Below are positions 1 to 8,514 of a DNA stretch of 41,175 bases, in pieces. The stretch comes from a virus (taxonomy: Duplodnaviria; Caudoviricetes), in the IMG/VR virus record IMGVR_UViG_3300020045_012955, positions 1 through 41,175 of that record; one strand, 5' to 3'. Within the stretch, counting starts at the first letter, position 1. Each line of letters starts with the position of its first letter. A model generated the notes under the pieces. It searched no databases and was not told where the DNA came from. It saw nothing but the letters and a program-made list of their open reading frames with translations. The position numbers and the translations under genes were made by a program.

Positions 1-1
1 C

Positions 2-997
2 CTGTCGGTCAAAGCCAAGAACTCTAATAGGGGGTTCGAAGCTGATATGGGAGAGGGGAGCAAGATCGTCATTCAAGATGAGTCAAGTCTTATCCCAGAC
101 CAGATTGAGTCAACCATCTTCCGTATGATTGCAGGTAAGAAGGATGCCGTATATGTGAAGATTGGAAACCCCTTCTATAGGAATCATTTTTATAAAAGTG
201 CTATAGACCCTAGGTACGAGAAGATATTTATAGATTTTAAGCAGGGATTAAAGGAAGGGCGTTATAACTATGATTTCATAGAGGAAGCCAGGACTAAACC
301 TAATTTTGACATTCTTTATGCCTGTCAGTTCCCCCCAGAAGGGACGATTGGTAAGGATGGGTATACGAGGTTACTTACTGATAGAGAGGTGGAGAATGTA
401 GTAGTACCCCAGGGAATACACTCCGGCTATAAGATCCTGGGCATTGACCCTGCAGCCGGAGGTGACAACTCAGCTATCGTATTAAAGAGTGGGCAATACC
501 TCGAAGTCCTCTTTAACCAGCAGCTTTCTAATACCATGGACCTCGTGGGCGTGGCGATGGATTTGTATAGGGCTAAAGGAGCTGATTACATAGTGGTGGA
601 TAAAACCGGGGTGGGGCAGGGGGTATATGACCGCCTCATGGATGGGGGGTACCCTATGCGGGGTGTCTCCTTCGGAGAGAAGAGTGAGGATGATATGTTT
701 GCGAACTTGAAGGCGGAATGGCACTGGCGATTACGAGAGTGGCTGTTAAAGGGAGGGAGATTAATCACCAACCCCGGTTGGCACGAATTAAGAAATATTC
801 GTTATAAGAACCGCGATGGAAAGATTTCTATCCAACCCAAGGAGGAATTGTTCAAGGAAGGTATTGCTTCCCCTAACTGTGTGGATGCCGCTGTATTGAC
901 AATGGTGATAGGAGACCTGACGATTAGGAACGATAGAATCTTTCGTAGGCAGGGTAATACGTTCAAAGATTCAATGACTGACATTTGGAGAGCGTAA
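2..997 (+). CDS. terL: Terminase large subunit, 5'-truncated by the window edge
   Basis: Frame is open from position 2. Walker B-like IVIQDE, motif III-like IGNP, RNase H-type nuclease motifs GIDPAAGGDNS, VVDKTGVG and SPNCVDA. Lies upstream of the portal. Confidence 0.9.
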   Translation: MSVKAKNSNRGFEADMGEGSKIVIQDESSLIPDQIESTIFRMIAGKKDAVYVKIGNPFYRNHFYKSAIDPRYEKIFIDFKQGLKEGRYNYDFIEEARTKPNFDILYACQFPPEGTIGKDGYTRLLTDREVENVVVPQGIHSGYKILGIDPAAGGDNSAIVLKSGQYLEVLFNQQLSNTMDLVGVAMDLYRAKGADYIVVDKTGVGQGVYDRLMDGGYPMRGVSFGEKSEDDMFANLKAEWHWRLREWLLKGGRLITNPGWHELRNIRYKNRDGKISIQPKEELFKEGIASPNCVDAAVLTMVIGDLTIRNDRIFRRQGNTFKDSMTDIWRA

Positions 998-1000
998 TAT

Positions 1001-1408
1001 ATGAAAAAGAAATTCAAAGACGTACAGAAGTTCGGAGGGAAAGAGGATTTGGGAAGTGTAAAGTTCAATGGTAATACCCACGAAGCCTCAAGTCTTGAAG
1101 TTACTTCTGATACGAAACTTGAACATGATGAAGGATACGGAGAAGCAGCAATCATCAGACGTTTTACGTTTGGTATCAATCCCGAATCGTTTAAGAAAGC
1201 ACCACCAACGAAACAAGAACTCTTTAATTCACATCTCAAGGGAATTGAAATTGCTCTGTGGAGAGATGGCATGAAGATCATGACCGAAGTGGAACCGAAG
1301 ATTGGTTTTGAAAAGTCTACCTACCATATTTATGTTGGCGCTCGTCCCATGAAGGGGCACATACTCACGCAGCGTCCACAGACTTTAAGCGAGATTGCTC
1401 ATGGCTGA
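1001..1408 (+). CDS. Hypothetical phage protein, 135 aa
   Basis: Packed tightly between terL and the portal; no recognised motif. Confidence 0.7.
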   Translation: MKKKFKDVQKFGGKEDLGSVKFNGNTHEASSLEVTSDTKLEHDEGYGEAAIIRRFTFGINPESFKKAPPTKQELFNSHLKGIEIALWRDGMKIMTEVEPKIGFEKSTYHIYVGARPMKGHILTQRPQTLSEIAHG

Positions 1409-3386
1409 GAAAGAATTAAGTGTACAGGAGATTAGAGATTCCCTCCCGGAACACACAAAGAAGATTTACTCCAACTACATGGAGTCTTTCTATTTCTTGG
1501 AACCGAGAAAGCGAAGACAAGCAAATCAAATTGCACTTCTCAATAATCTCCAGAGAGGAGATGAAAACATTTCAAGTACTCTCCTTCTCACATTGTTCAA
1601 TCGAACGATGAGTAATCTCTACGACGATAAGATGCAAATCAAATTCGTCCCAAGTGAAGAGATGGAGCAGAAGAAAATTACTTCTCTCAACATTCTCGCA
1701 CAGAATGATTATCGAGAGATGGGAATGAAACGATTGGATTACGACTGGACGTGGGACACTCTCTTCTTCGGGAGAGGCTATATCGAGACTCTGCGTTTTG
1801 ACCACAAGAGAAAACTCATGCAGCCGCATGTGATTAACCCACTGGTGTTTGGTTATGACCCTTTCTTTGAAGATCCACAGCAGTGGCGCTACTACTGGAA
1901 GTGGCTGACCAAATCCAGCACTGAAATAAATAAACTAATCAACGCAGGAATCATCACGGGTATTACACATGCCTCAGAGATCCCTTCAGGTATTGATCCC
2001 TTCTTGTGGAACTATCGTGTCATTAAGGAAAGGGCTAAATACGTAACACCCCAGGCTAACGACACCTACCAAGGAGATATTCACCAGATACTTGAGTACT
2101 TCGGCTACGATGAGAATGGAGATAAATGTGTCTACTGGTTAGATAAGAACTTCACAAAGGTTTTGTATAAGGAGAAGTTAGACCTCCGTGATGGTCCTGA
2201 CATTCTCGCTCCTGATGGAAGTCCTATAACCACGCAGTCGCGCTGGCCGATAGTGGTAAAGGAAGCATTCCGTGAGCCACACTCATCAGTGAACTTCTCA
2301 GTCGCCGACCTCCTCGAAGATAAACACCGCGCACGTAGTGTCCTTCTCAATCTTGCATTCCTCGCAGCGAAAGATAAGGCAAACCCTATCTATCAATACA
2401 ACCCTGACAAGGTTAAAGATGTTACGCAGCTCTTCTCACGTCAGATTTACCAGCACATCCCGGTGACTGACGTAGCAGCAGCAATTGCACCACTCAACAC
2501 AGACCCTGCGATGGACCCAACCCTCCAGGTGTTCATGCAGGTGATGAACCAGGAAGCATCTGACCCTATTGGTACTAATATCCAGGCTGCTCCACAGAAG
2601 AAAGGAAGCGAGACCGCAACGGAAGCAGCGATTCAACAGCAGCTCTCAGACCTCGCGCAGTCACTGCAATCCAAAGTCCTCCAAATTGGGGTCGAAGAGT
2701 TTTGGAATCATTGGTACGCACGCTACAAGCGCTATGCAAAGGCAGGAGATGAGAAGGTTGCAACCGTTGTTGGTGTGAAGGGACTCTCATTTGAGACGAT
2801 AAAGCTGGAAGAAATCATCACGACCTTCCCACCAGGCGTTCAAGTCTTCTCTGCGAAGGAAGCAGAGTATAAGGAACTCGTGGAACGTCGTGACTTAATG
2901 GAGATAATCCCAATGCTCCAGGAACATTTGACGCCAGATGGTATCAAGAACTTCTACAAGTATGTCTTCTTGCCGAAGTTCCAGTCACTCGACCCGCAGA
3001 CTATAGAAGTTCTTCTCCCTGATTCCTTCGATGAAATCAAGGCAGAAGAAGAAAACGATTCTCTCGACCAGAATAAACTCCGTGATGTACTCCCAACTGA
3101 TAATCACGAGCAACACTTGGCAGTACACGCGCAGGGAGTTAACACGTGGGCGAAGTTTATCCACATGCAGTGGCACGAAGAACTCCTCTCAGAGCAGCGT
3201 AAGCAAGAACAGGAGATGCAGATGATGGCGATGCAACCAGGTTCCCCAGGGGCTGATAAGATGAAGCTACCGGATGAACCGGCAGAGCCAAAAGTCGGCG
3301 TTACAGAGCAGTCTCCTCTGAGCGCGGCAGCATCGTTAAGAGACAAAACATTACAAAACATAGGTCAGAAAAACATAATGCAATAA
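1401..3386 (+). CDS. Portal protein (podovirus/P22-like size)
   Basis: About 660 aa after terL; WDTLFFGRG, ETATE motif, helical Q/E-rich C-terminus. ATG at 1401 preferred over the TTG at 1395. Confidence 0.8.
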   Translation: MAEKELSVQEIRDSLPEHTKKIYSNYMESFYFLEPRKRRQANQIALLNNLQRGDENISSTLLLTLFNRTMSNLYDDKMQIKFVPSEEMEQKKITSLNILAQNDYREMGMKRLDYDWTWDTLFFGRGYIETLRFDHKRKLMQPHVINPLVFGYDPFFEDPQQWRYYWKWLTKSSTEINKLINAGIITGITHASEIPSGIDPFLWNYRVIKERAKYVTPQANDTYQGDIHQILEYFGYDENGDKCVYWLDKNFTKVLYKEKLDLRDGPDILAPDGSPITTQSRWPIVVKEAFREPHSSVNFSVADLLEDKHRARSVLLNLAFLAAKDKANPIYQYNPDKVKDVTQLFSRQIYQHIPVTDVAAAIAPLNTDPAMDPTLQVFMQVMNQEASDPIGTNIQAAPQKKGSETATEAAIQQQLSDLAQSLQSKVLQIGVEEFWNHWYARYKRYAKAGDEKVATVVGVKGLSFETIKLEEIITTFPPGVQVFSAKEAEYKELVERRDLMEIIPMLQEHLTPDGIKNFYKYVFLPKFQSLDPQTIEVLLPDSFDEIKAEEENDSLDQNKLRDVLPTDNHEQHLAVHAQGVNTWAKFIHMQWHEELLSEQRKQEQEMQMMAMQPGSPGADKMKLPDEPAEPKVGVTEQSPLSAAASLRDKTLQNIGQKNIMQ

Positions 3387-3387
3387 T

Positions 3388-3819
3388 ATGGCAAGCAATT
3401 ACTCCGCAGGGATTCCAATTGGCAACAATGGAACACCCCAAATAGGTTCCCCAGCTCCCTTCAAAGCAGTTGGGCGTTATTTCGTAGAAAACGGTGTAGT
3501 CTCTTCAGTGATTACGCTCACCGCAGACACAACCGCTATTGAAATAGCGAACTCTTCATTGAACCGCGCAGTTCTCCTTCGCTGGGTAGCAACCAGTGAC
3601 ACCGCAGCGAGTGTGACGACAGCTAACTTCGACCATGCAGTCGCAGCGAACGACTATCGTCGCTTCGTAGTCCCTATTGAGGGTATCAACAACTCACAAG
3701 GCTACGGCTCTATGGTAGGGGCAAACATCGCAAATGGCCTCTTCCGTCGTGTCGCAGTCATCAGTGCAGGTCCTGCATCAATTCTTACTACTGAATACGG
3801 TTCATCTAACAGTTACTAA
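3388..3819 (+). CDS. Putative virion structural protein, 143 aa
   Basis: Small-residue, beta-rich composition; starts 1 nt after the portal stop. Confidence 0.6.
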   Translation: MASNYSAGIPIGNNGTPQIGSPAPFKAVGRYFVENGVVSSVITLTADTTAIEIANSSLNRAVLLRWVATSDTAASVTTANFDHAVAANDYRRFVVPIEGINNSQGYGSMVGANIANGLFRRVAVISAGPASILTTEYGSSNSY

Positions 3820-3820
3820 C

Positions 3821-3991
3821 ATGGCAAAGAAGAAAATTGAGACCCCCGAGGTCGCAGAAGTCGTAGTAGCGGAGGTAAAAGTATCCCCGCTCTCTATTGA
3901 CTTAGGAAGGGAAGACCTCAACACTGTAGTTACAAAGTTAAATGAAGTAATAGACTTCTTGAATCATGGAAAAGAAAAAGACAATGGGTAA
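3821..3991 (+). CDS. Small hypothetical protein (MAKKKIETPE...)
   Basis: ATG 1 nt after the previous stop; C-terminal amphipathic helix LNTVVTKLNEVIDFLN. Confidence 0.6.
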   Translation: MAKKKIETPEVAEVVVAEVKVSPLSIDLGREDLNTVVTKLNEVIDFLNHGKEKDNG

Positions 3992-4052
3992 GATGCACAA
4001 GAGTAAGGTCAAGAGCGCAGCGTCGAAGGCTCTTGGTAAGAAATACAAGTAA
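3966..4052 (+). CDS. Lysine-rich micropeptide, 28 aa
   Basis: Manual translation MEKKKTMGKMHKSKVKSAASKALGKKYK*; fills the gap in the head operon; too short for the ORF track. Confidence 0.45.
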   Translation: MEKKKTMGKMHKSKVKSAASKALGKKYK

Positions 4053-4084
4053 AAGGTCGAGTTAACAGATAAACAATAAAAACT

Positions 4085-4591
4085 ATGGCAATTCGATTCC
4101 CTTTGCAGACAGTTCTTTACTCTGACAACTCAACAGAAGTCGGAGCAGGTTCAGCTGTCGGAGGTGTAGCGCTTCCTTTCGTCATCCCACAGGATACGGA
4201 CGGAGTTGTGGTGAAGTTCGTCGCTTCAGTGGCTGGTGCGGGTGTCTCGGCACTCCTTCAGACGACTGATGACGGTGGAACGACCTGGTATGACGTTGCT
4301 CGTACCTCAGTCGTATCCAACGCAAATGGAGCTACCGCAGTATGGTGTGCTGGTCCAGTCGTAGGTGCAGGTATGGCTACCGCTCAAAACGGTTTCCCTA
4401 CCGCTTCTATCTTGACTGTCGGCATCCGTTCAACGGCAGCCTCGACTCTGGCTACAAACCAGATTTCAGGGCTTCCAATGTTGAGTCAGCAAGCACGTGT
4501 CTTCCTCATCCTTGGGGGAAACATTACATCAGCGGCTTCAAACTCGCTGATTACGGAAGTATTGGTCAATAGTCAGTCAGCAACAGCCTAA
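4085..4591 (+). CDS. Putative virion/decoration protein, 168 aa
   Basis: A/S/T/G/V-rich with a TTDDGGTTW (Asp-box-like) motif; AT-rich leader. Confidence 0.6.
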   Translation: MAIRFPLQTVLYSDNSTEVGAGSAVGGVALPFVIPQDTDGVVVKFVASVAGAGVSALLQTTDDGGTTWYDVARTSVVSNANGATAVWCAGPVVGAGMATAQNGFPTASILTVGIRSTAASTLATNQISGLPMLSQQARVFLILGGNITSAASNSLITEVLVNSQSATA

Positions 4592-4956
4592 TGAATAACT
4601 CATCTATCAGACTGGAATCCTTTGAACCACCTTCGGATGAACTGAGACTCAAAAAGCTCAGAGAATTAGAGGGAAGGAACATACGGATCATCACAGCGAT
4701 AGAAGAGATTCAGAAGACTGCTGCGTGGAGTTCTTTGAAAGAAATAATCTTTGATGGTCTAGTCTCGGGGCTTGAGAAATCAGTCCTCGAAGAGGCTACC
4801 AAGGATACTCCTGAGCCTTTGAAGCTCTCTCGCCTTGCGGGAGAACTGACATGGGCACGTCGTTTTGCAGATTTGACTGGCTATGCAAACGAAAAGAGGA
4901 GTGAACTATTAGCGATAAGAGAACAGCTTTATGGCAAATCAGAAAACAGAGGGTGA
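4591..4956 (+). CDS. Hypothetical helical protein, 121 aa
   Basis: TAATG stop/start overlap; lies between portal and scaffold. Confidence 0.7.
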   Translation: MNNSSIRLESFEPPSDELRLKKLRELEGRNIRIITAIEEIQKTAAWSSLKEIIFDGLVSGLEKSVLEEATKDTPEPLKLSRLAGELTWARRFADLTGYANEKRSELLAIREQLYGKSENRG

Positions 4957-5359
4957 AAACCCCGCGACGGAGCGCGATACTGCTCCTGCTACCGTAACGC
5001 CCGTAGCTGCGGCTCCACGATACGTCATGCCTCATGAATATGAGGTTGAGCGTGTCGGGAATCTATCTTCAGGGGTCACGATTGTGTTCCCCGAAGTCCG
5101 TGGCGGTGTGTGCGAGTGGTGTGGTGTTATTGATGGGAATTATCCCTCTCAGTATCAGTACAAGCTCTGCCCTCACTACCGCGGCAAGCAGCTGTCGTGT
5201 TCCTATTGTCCCGCCGAAAAGGATGTGGACGATGTTATCAACCACTCAGTGCTACGAATCATGCAGCACCCGGATCATCCAAAGAAGTTGTTGATCCACT
5301 GCAACTCGTATAACTGTTTGAGGAAACACGAACAACGCTGGAAGATAGCAAATTCGTAG
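4931..5359 (+). CDS. Cys/His-rich putative zinc-binding protein
   Basis: CEWC, CPH, CSYC and CNSYNCLRKH motifs. Confidence 0.65.
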   Translation: MANQKTEGENPATERDTAPATVTPVAAAPRYVMPHEYEVERVGNLSSGVTIVFPEVRGGVCEWCGVIDGNYPSQYQYKLCPHYRGKQLSCSYCPAEKDVDDVINHSVLRIMQHPDHPKKLLIHCNSYNCLRKHEQRWKIANS

Positions 5360-5451
5360 GCAGGAGTTGGTCTCCCTACCTACTGTAAGGACCAATTCGT
5401 GAGCAGTGGTTCGCCGCCCTGCAAACATTGTTACCAAATAAATCAAATAAT

Positions 5452-5931
5452 ATGGCAGAAGAAGGACAAACAATTACTCAAACCGCTCCTACTGAGGGTC
5501 AAAATGAAACTCGCAGTAATGAACGGATCACTCAACTCTCTGAGAAAGTGAAAGTAGAGGCTGAGGCACGCGCAGCGGCAGAACAGAAAGCCGCTGAAGC
5601 CGAGAGGAAAGCAGCATTTGCTGAAGGATACGCAGACTTTGCTCTCAAGAATCCCGTTGCGAAAGACTTCAAGCAACAGATTCAAGAGAAAGTCATGGCG
5701 GGTATGTCAGTTGAAGATGCTGGTTACGCCATCTTAGGCAGGGAAGGGAAGCTCGGTGCTTCCCCAACCCAGAGCATCGTGCAGAGTCCAGCAGGAGGTT
5801 CCGCGACAACCTATGTGCCAGCCGAAGGTCAGAAAACCATCGGCCAGATGACACAACAGGAACGTCGTGCAGCCCTCGCTGAACGTGCAGGTGAACTGGA
5901 AGATATCCTCGCTCCTCGCGCTCGCGCTTAA
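5452..5931 (+). CDS. Capsid scaffolding protein
   Basis: A/E/Q-rich coiled coil directly before the capsid gene; C-terminal MTQQERRAAL helix; ATG at 5452. Confidence 0.7.
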   Translation: MAEEGQTITQTAPTEGQNETRSNERITQLSEKVKVEAEARAAAEQKAAEAERKAAFAEGYADFALKNPVAKDFKQQIQEKVMAGMSVEDAGYAILGREGKLGASPTQSIVQSPAGGSATTYVPAEGQKTIGQMTQQERRAALAERAGELEDILAPRARA

Positions 5932-5952
5932 CGTACACAGAGAGAGAAAACA

Positions 5953-7047
5953 ATGGCAACAACTATTCGATCAACAAACTGGGGTGGTTCATCAGCGAAC
6001 ACTTCGGAGCTTCTCGTTGCATACATCAACGAAGAAATCCGCACGCTGGAACCAATGCTCCAGTATGCACGCTTGGGTGTGCGAAAAGACGCCCCGAAAG
6101 GCTTCGACCGCATTCTCTTCCCGCAAACTAACCAGCTTCCTAACAAGATCAACATCAACGTCAACAGCTCGGTAACGAGTTATGGTTCGTATGTTGGTGG
6201 TGGTATTGGTGGCTCGGTCTACGGTGCGGGCGCATCTGTTATTGGTGACGCTGCAATCGCTCCTGGAGCACCTGTCTCTTCGTCAACAGGTATGGCTGCA
6301 ATCGTTGAAGGTACGAACCCAACGTCAGTGACGTGGGGTGCTACCTCATACGGTTCTGGTCCTTTCCAGTACGGTATCTTGGTGCAGGTTTCGGACCTCT
6401 TGGTTCGTGACTCTGCTATCGAGGTGGTGGACTCGTGCTCACGACAGGTTCGTGAGTCACTCGCACGCCAGGTTGACGCAGTCATTCAGACTGTCGTGAA
6501 CTCGGGTGTGAACGGTGTCATCTACTCAGGTGGAAAGACATCTCGTGCAACTCTCGCAGCTGGCGACACAATCGCTCAGAGCGACATGGTGAAGGGAACG
6601 ACATGGATGCGTGCAGCAAACGCTGCAGGTGTTCGCCCGTTCGAGGGCGGCTACTATGTAGCAGTCATTCACCCATACGCGATGGGAGACTTGATGACCA
6701 ACACCGCAACAGGTTCATGGACAGACATGGCACGTTACTCGAACGTCGATGACGTACGAGCAGGACGTGTTGGTGACTTCCGTGGAGTCCGTTACTTGGA
6801 GTCTGCTCACCAGCAATACTTCAACTCAACGACCAACGTGCTCCCAACGACAATTATCGGAGACCAGTCATTCGGTTGGGGCTTCTTCCAGGAGCCAACA
6901 CCGATGCTTGTTACAACTCCAGACAGTAACAACCCATTGAACCTCTACACCTCGATCGGTGGAAAGGTTACTCTTGGTGTCACTCGTTTCGAGGACAAGC
7001 CAGGTGTCTTCCGTGTCGTTCGTGTTGAATCTGCAATCTCTAATTAA
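5953..7047 (+). CDS. Major capsid protein (HK97 fold, N4-gp56-like)
   Basis: 364 aa; EGTNP, QYGILVQVSD, YVAVIHPY, GRVGDFRGVRYLES, NPLNLYTSIGGK motifs; strong codon bias. Confidence 0.85.
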   Translation: MATTIRSTNWGGSSANTSELLVAYINEEIRTLEPMLQYARLGVRKDAPKGFDRILFPQTNQLPNKININVNSSVTSYGSYVGGGIGGSVYGAGASVIGDAAIAPGAPVSSSTGMAAIVEGTNPTSVTWGATSYGSGPFQYGILVQVSDLLVRDSAIEVVDSCSRQVRESLARQVDAVIQTVVNSGVNGVIYSGGKTSRATLAAGDTIAQSDMVKGTTWMRAANAAGVRPFEGGYYVAVIHPYAMGDLMTNTATGSWTDMARYSNVDDVRAGRVGDFRGVRYLESAHQQYFNSTTNVLPTTIIGDQSFGWGFFQEPTPMLVTTPDSNNPLNLYTSIGGKVTLGVTRFEDKPGVFRVVRVESAISN

Positions 7048-7056
7048 GATTGCTGT

Positions 7057-7089
7057 CATGGTGTGTCCCTTTAGGGGGACACCCACATG
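7057..7089 (+). promoter_or_regulatory. GC hairpin between capsid and adaptor genes, reaching the adaptor start codon
   Basis: GTGTCCC (7063-7069) pairs with GGGACAC (7076-7082); the outer CATG pair includes the ATG at 7087. Confidence 0.5.
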
Positions 7090-7773
7090 GCAACAAGCGT
7101 GTTGGCAGCAATACAGTACACCCAGCGTCTGGCACAGACGGACTCCAATGGTATCGGGAGTGTTTTAGGATTGTCTCTCTACAACGATGCACTGAATGAG
7201 ATGACGCGAGACATGCTCAACAGGAATCTCGACGCTGCACAGACGCAGGAAGCCTATTCTGATTTGACTACAAACAGTCCGAATACCTATGCGTGGCCGA
7301 CGGATATGTATTCTTTGAAGACGATTGAAGTGAACTTTGAAGGACAGGACGAGCAGAGCTATATCCAAGCACGTCCAATGGACGTTGCGAACATCCAAGG
7401 ACAGTCGTTCTCGTGGCTTCGTGTCCACCAGCCGAAAAATCAGCCACTCTTCGATAATCGTGGAGATACATTCGAGATTTTTCCCACACCTACGTTTGCG
7501 AACTCGCAAGGTCTCCGCATCTTCTACTTCTTGGTCCCAACTGAAGCAACGAGCGTAGAACAAGCAATCCAGTATCCACAGACACTCGATTACCGCGCTC
7601 TCTCTTGCAAGATGGCATCTATGTACTATCGAACTCAGAATGATGCAGAGATGGCAGCTATCTACGAAGCAGAATACCAACAGAGAATAGCGAAGATAAT
7701 CAATATCCTCGCTCCCGGCACACAGCAACCAATCCAACCTTCTCCTCTAGCAATTTCAGGCTGGCAATTCTAA
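7087..7773 (+). CDS. Head-tail adaptor / tail tubular protein A-like
   Basis: Position after the capsid; YAWPTD...LKTIEV and IFPTP motifs typical of podovirus adaptors. Confidence 0.65.
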   Translation: MATSVLAAIQYTQRLAQTDSNGIGSVLGLSLYNDALNEMTRDMLNRNLDAAQTQEAYSDLTTNSPNTYAWPTDMYSLKTIEVNFEGQDEQSYIQARPMDVANIQGQSFSWLRVHQPKNQPLFDNRGDTFEIFPTPTFANSQGLRIFYFLVPTEATSVEQAIQYPQTLDYRALSCKMASMYYRTQNDAEMAAIYEAEYQQRIAKIINILAPGTQQPIQPSPLAISGWQF

Positions 7774-7775
7774 TT

Positions 7776-7976
7776 ATGACGACCTGGACAGACATCCCAA
7801 AGCCAGTAGGTACGACATCTGTAGTGACCGTCGATTTTATTGGTGGAGTTCCCATTGGACTGCTTCTTTCTCTAACTCAGTCTTCAGTCATAGGGACAAC
7901 AATTGTGACTACCTCAAACTGGACAGAAGTCCCTTATAACAGTGCCTCTTGGTCTAATGTGCCAAAGGCAACATAG
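7776..7976 (+). CDS. Small virion protein, 66 aa
   Basis: Repeated W(T/S)x(V/I)P motifs and a GVPIGLLLSLT segment. Confidence 0.6.
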   Translation: MTTWTDIPKPVGTTSVVTVDFIGGVPIGLLLSLTQSSVIGTTIVTTSNWTEVPYNSASWSNVPKAT

Positions 7977-7978
7977 GT

Positions 7979-8509
7979 ATGGCTACTTTTGGAAAAACAG
8001 ACAGAGGGCCACTAGGAGCTGTACTATTCCCAGCTTCTTCAGTTATAGTCTCTGCTTCGAGATTCACACTCCCAGATAATAATGCTGTCATCTCAAAAAT
8101 GACATTCTTTTCATCAGCTTTGTCAGGAGACCCGGCTTCATCTGTCAAACTTCTTATTTATGACAAGGGGGGTAATGACCTCCCGTCATCTTTAATTGCC
8201 GTAACTCAAGCAGCTTCTGTCGGGGCTGGAGTGAACATCTTTATAGACGCTCCTTTTGCTTCACCTCCGACCCTCAATTCAGGTGATTATTTCCTTGGCT
8301 TAATAGCAAATGGACAGATATGGACAACTGCTTCAACCATAGGAGCCGGAACACTTCTTAACCCGGTATCAGGAAGCAATGCAAATGCGTATCCTACGGT
8401 TACAAGTCCTTTTCCATCTGTCGTTACGCTTTCAGCGAATCAGAAAGCTATCTACGCTACTTACACTGTTGATTCCCCATCAGAAGGATTTACTATTGCA
8501 TTAATATAA
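7979..8509 (+). CDS. Putative virion appendage / beta-sandwich protein, 176 aa
   Basis: S/T/A-rich with VKLLIYD and LNSGDYFLG beta strands; in the tail module. Confidence 0.55.
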   Translation: MATFGKTDRGPLGAVLFPASSVIVSASRFTLPDNNAVISKMTFFSSALSGDPASSVKLLIYDKGGNDLPSSLIAVTQAASVGAGVNIFIDAPFASPPTLNSGDYFLGLIANGQIWTTASTIGAGTLLNPVSGSNANAYPTVTSPFPSVVTLSANQKAIYATYTVDSPSEGFTIALI

Positions 8510-8514
8510 ACATT

